From Lama glama (taxonomy: Eukaryota): a stretch of 64,000 bases of DNA. Shown here piece after piece: positions 62,913 through 64,000 of the stretch; position 1 is the stretch's first letter; each line of letters opens with the position of its first letter. The position numbers and the translations under genes were made by a program. The stretch covers positions 82,152,001 through 82,216,000 of the forward strand of contig CM052817.1 of assembly GCA_028534125.1 (NCBI GenBank), given 5' to 3'. Below the pieces are notes generated by a model, which saw only the letters and a program-made list of their open reading frames with translations, made no database searches and had not been told where the DNA came from.

Positions 62913-63234
62913 TATTAGGTTACACTTAGGAAGACATGGAAAGAATATTTATTAGTTACATTTTCTCTTTTCTAAGATAATAATGATGATTAGGTATTTT
63001 AGAATCTCAAGATATACTTAAATTTTATAGCATAACAATTTAGGACTTTAAAATCTTCCATTTTTATTGCCTGTTAACTGACTATGTCTTACTGGACATT
63101 TCAGAGTAGACATCTTCCTTTTTAAGCTAGACATATTAGAATGGTGCCAAAAGGTCATTTTGTCACGTAACCCAATCAGAATCAGAGAATTCAGTGGCCT
63201 CAGACAAAGGTTTCAGCCCCAGAGAATTGTACAG

Positions 63235-63472
63235 TCCAGCAACTAAGAGCATTTGGAAGCATAAAGCCCTAGGTTTGAATCTCATCTTTGTCACTTAAGA
63301 GCTGTATGACCTGTGCAAATTATTTTGTTTCCTCATCTATAAAATTGAGATGATAATAATATCACTTATCTCTGAATTAAATGAATTGTTGTGTCAAATG
63401 AATAAGAACAAACAGAACACAGCATTGTGCCTATCTCCAAGTTAATGTTCAATGAATGTAGGTATTGCTATT
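63235..63472 (+). mobile_element. MIR SINE
   Basis: cctaggtttgaatctcatctttgtcacttaagagctgtatgacctgtgcaaattatt...gtttcctcatctataaaattgagatgataataat. Confidence 0.85.
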
Positions 63473-63569
63473 TTGTATTTGTTTTTAATGACATTTAAAA
63501 AATCTCAATCAATATTATTCATAATTCTAGTTTAAAAAATTAAACCTTACTAATAAGCATACACTGAAA

Positions 63570-63900
63570 AACAACAGTCCTCTGCTCAAACCTTCCTCAT
63601 CCTTGATTCACCCTCCTTTGATACTTTTGTTGTTTCTTCTCATATGTCTCTTCTCACTTCTAAATAATGCACTTATATTTCAATTTCTTGATTTGTCAAT
63701 TTTAGACATTTTTCTATTACCTTTTTTCAGCCCCATATTTTACTTTATGATCTCTAGTTTCTAATTCTCCCATCCCATATTTTCTGTATTTGTGTGGCTG
63801 AATTGGCTTGCCTTTCATTGGTATTCTTCATTACATATATCATATTGATACTCAGTTATTATCTATTTTTTCATTCATATATTTCTATATCTTTACTGTC
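63570..63900 (-). mobile_element. HAL1/L1ME-type fragment
   Basis: ttctaaataatgcacttat...atttcttgatttgtcaattttagacatt resembles old HAL1/L1ME sequence. Confidence 0.4.
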
Positions 63901-64000
63901 ATTGCATTGGTGTCATGACAGACAGGAAACAGTAATGTGTTCAATTCAACCACATTCAACTAAGAATACCTTTGTTGATATTATTCACCATTCTTCCCTA

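Noticed and set aside
1..64000. CRISPR arrays, operons, tRNA/rRNA genes, processed pseudogenes, or a novel multi-gene system
   Set aside because: No repeat-spacer arrays, long ORFs, structural RNA genes or retrocopies were seen; the composition is ordinary eutherian non-coding DNA.

Overview
AT-rich mammalian (eutherian) genomic DNA, intronic or intergenic. I found no recognisable host protein-coding exon, RNA gene, CRISPR array or prokaryote-type system. The youngest L1 3' ends (39664-40325, 30701-30751) resemble, from recall, the camelid L1-1_Vpa type, and no Alu, B1/B2, Bov-tA/CHR, PRE1 or Can-SINE is visible, so a camelid source is my inference. A large share of the window is old interspersed repeat: MIR, L2, L1MA9/L1MC/L1ME-type, hAT DNA transposons (MER58A, Charlie4a, Charlie1a, MER5B, MER94), MaLR LTRs and a MER41-like ERV1 solo LTR with an intact TSD. 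The only ORFs with recognisable homology are L1 ORF1/ORF2 relics. A 500-N gap is flanked by an exact 199-bp duplication, most likely an assembly artefact. The best leads are splicing and regulatory signals: a candidate 9-nt neural-type microexon (9079-9087), AG|GTGAGT recursive-splice-like sites (15141, 214), MEF2/TEAD and ETS/FOX/AP-1 motif clusters, a CTCF-like site, two very ancient LINE fossils (RTE-like and CR1-like, the latter with a hairpin), and an L1 5' end left at an apparent deletion junction with a palindrome replacing its YY1 site. Repeat family names come from recalled consensus sequences rather than a database search, and boundaries of old repeats are approximate.
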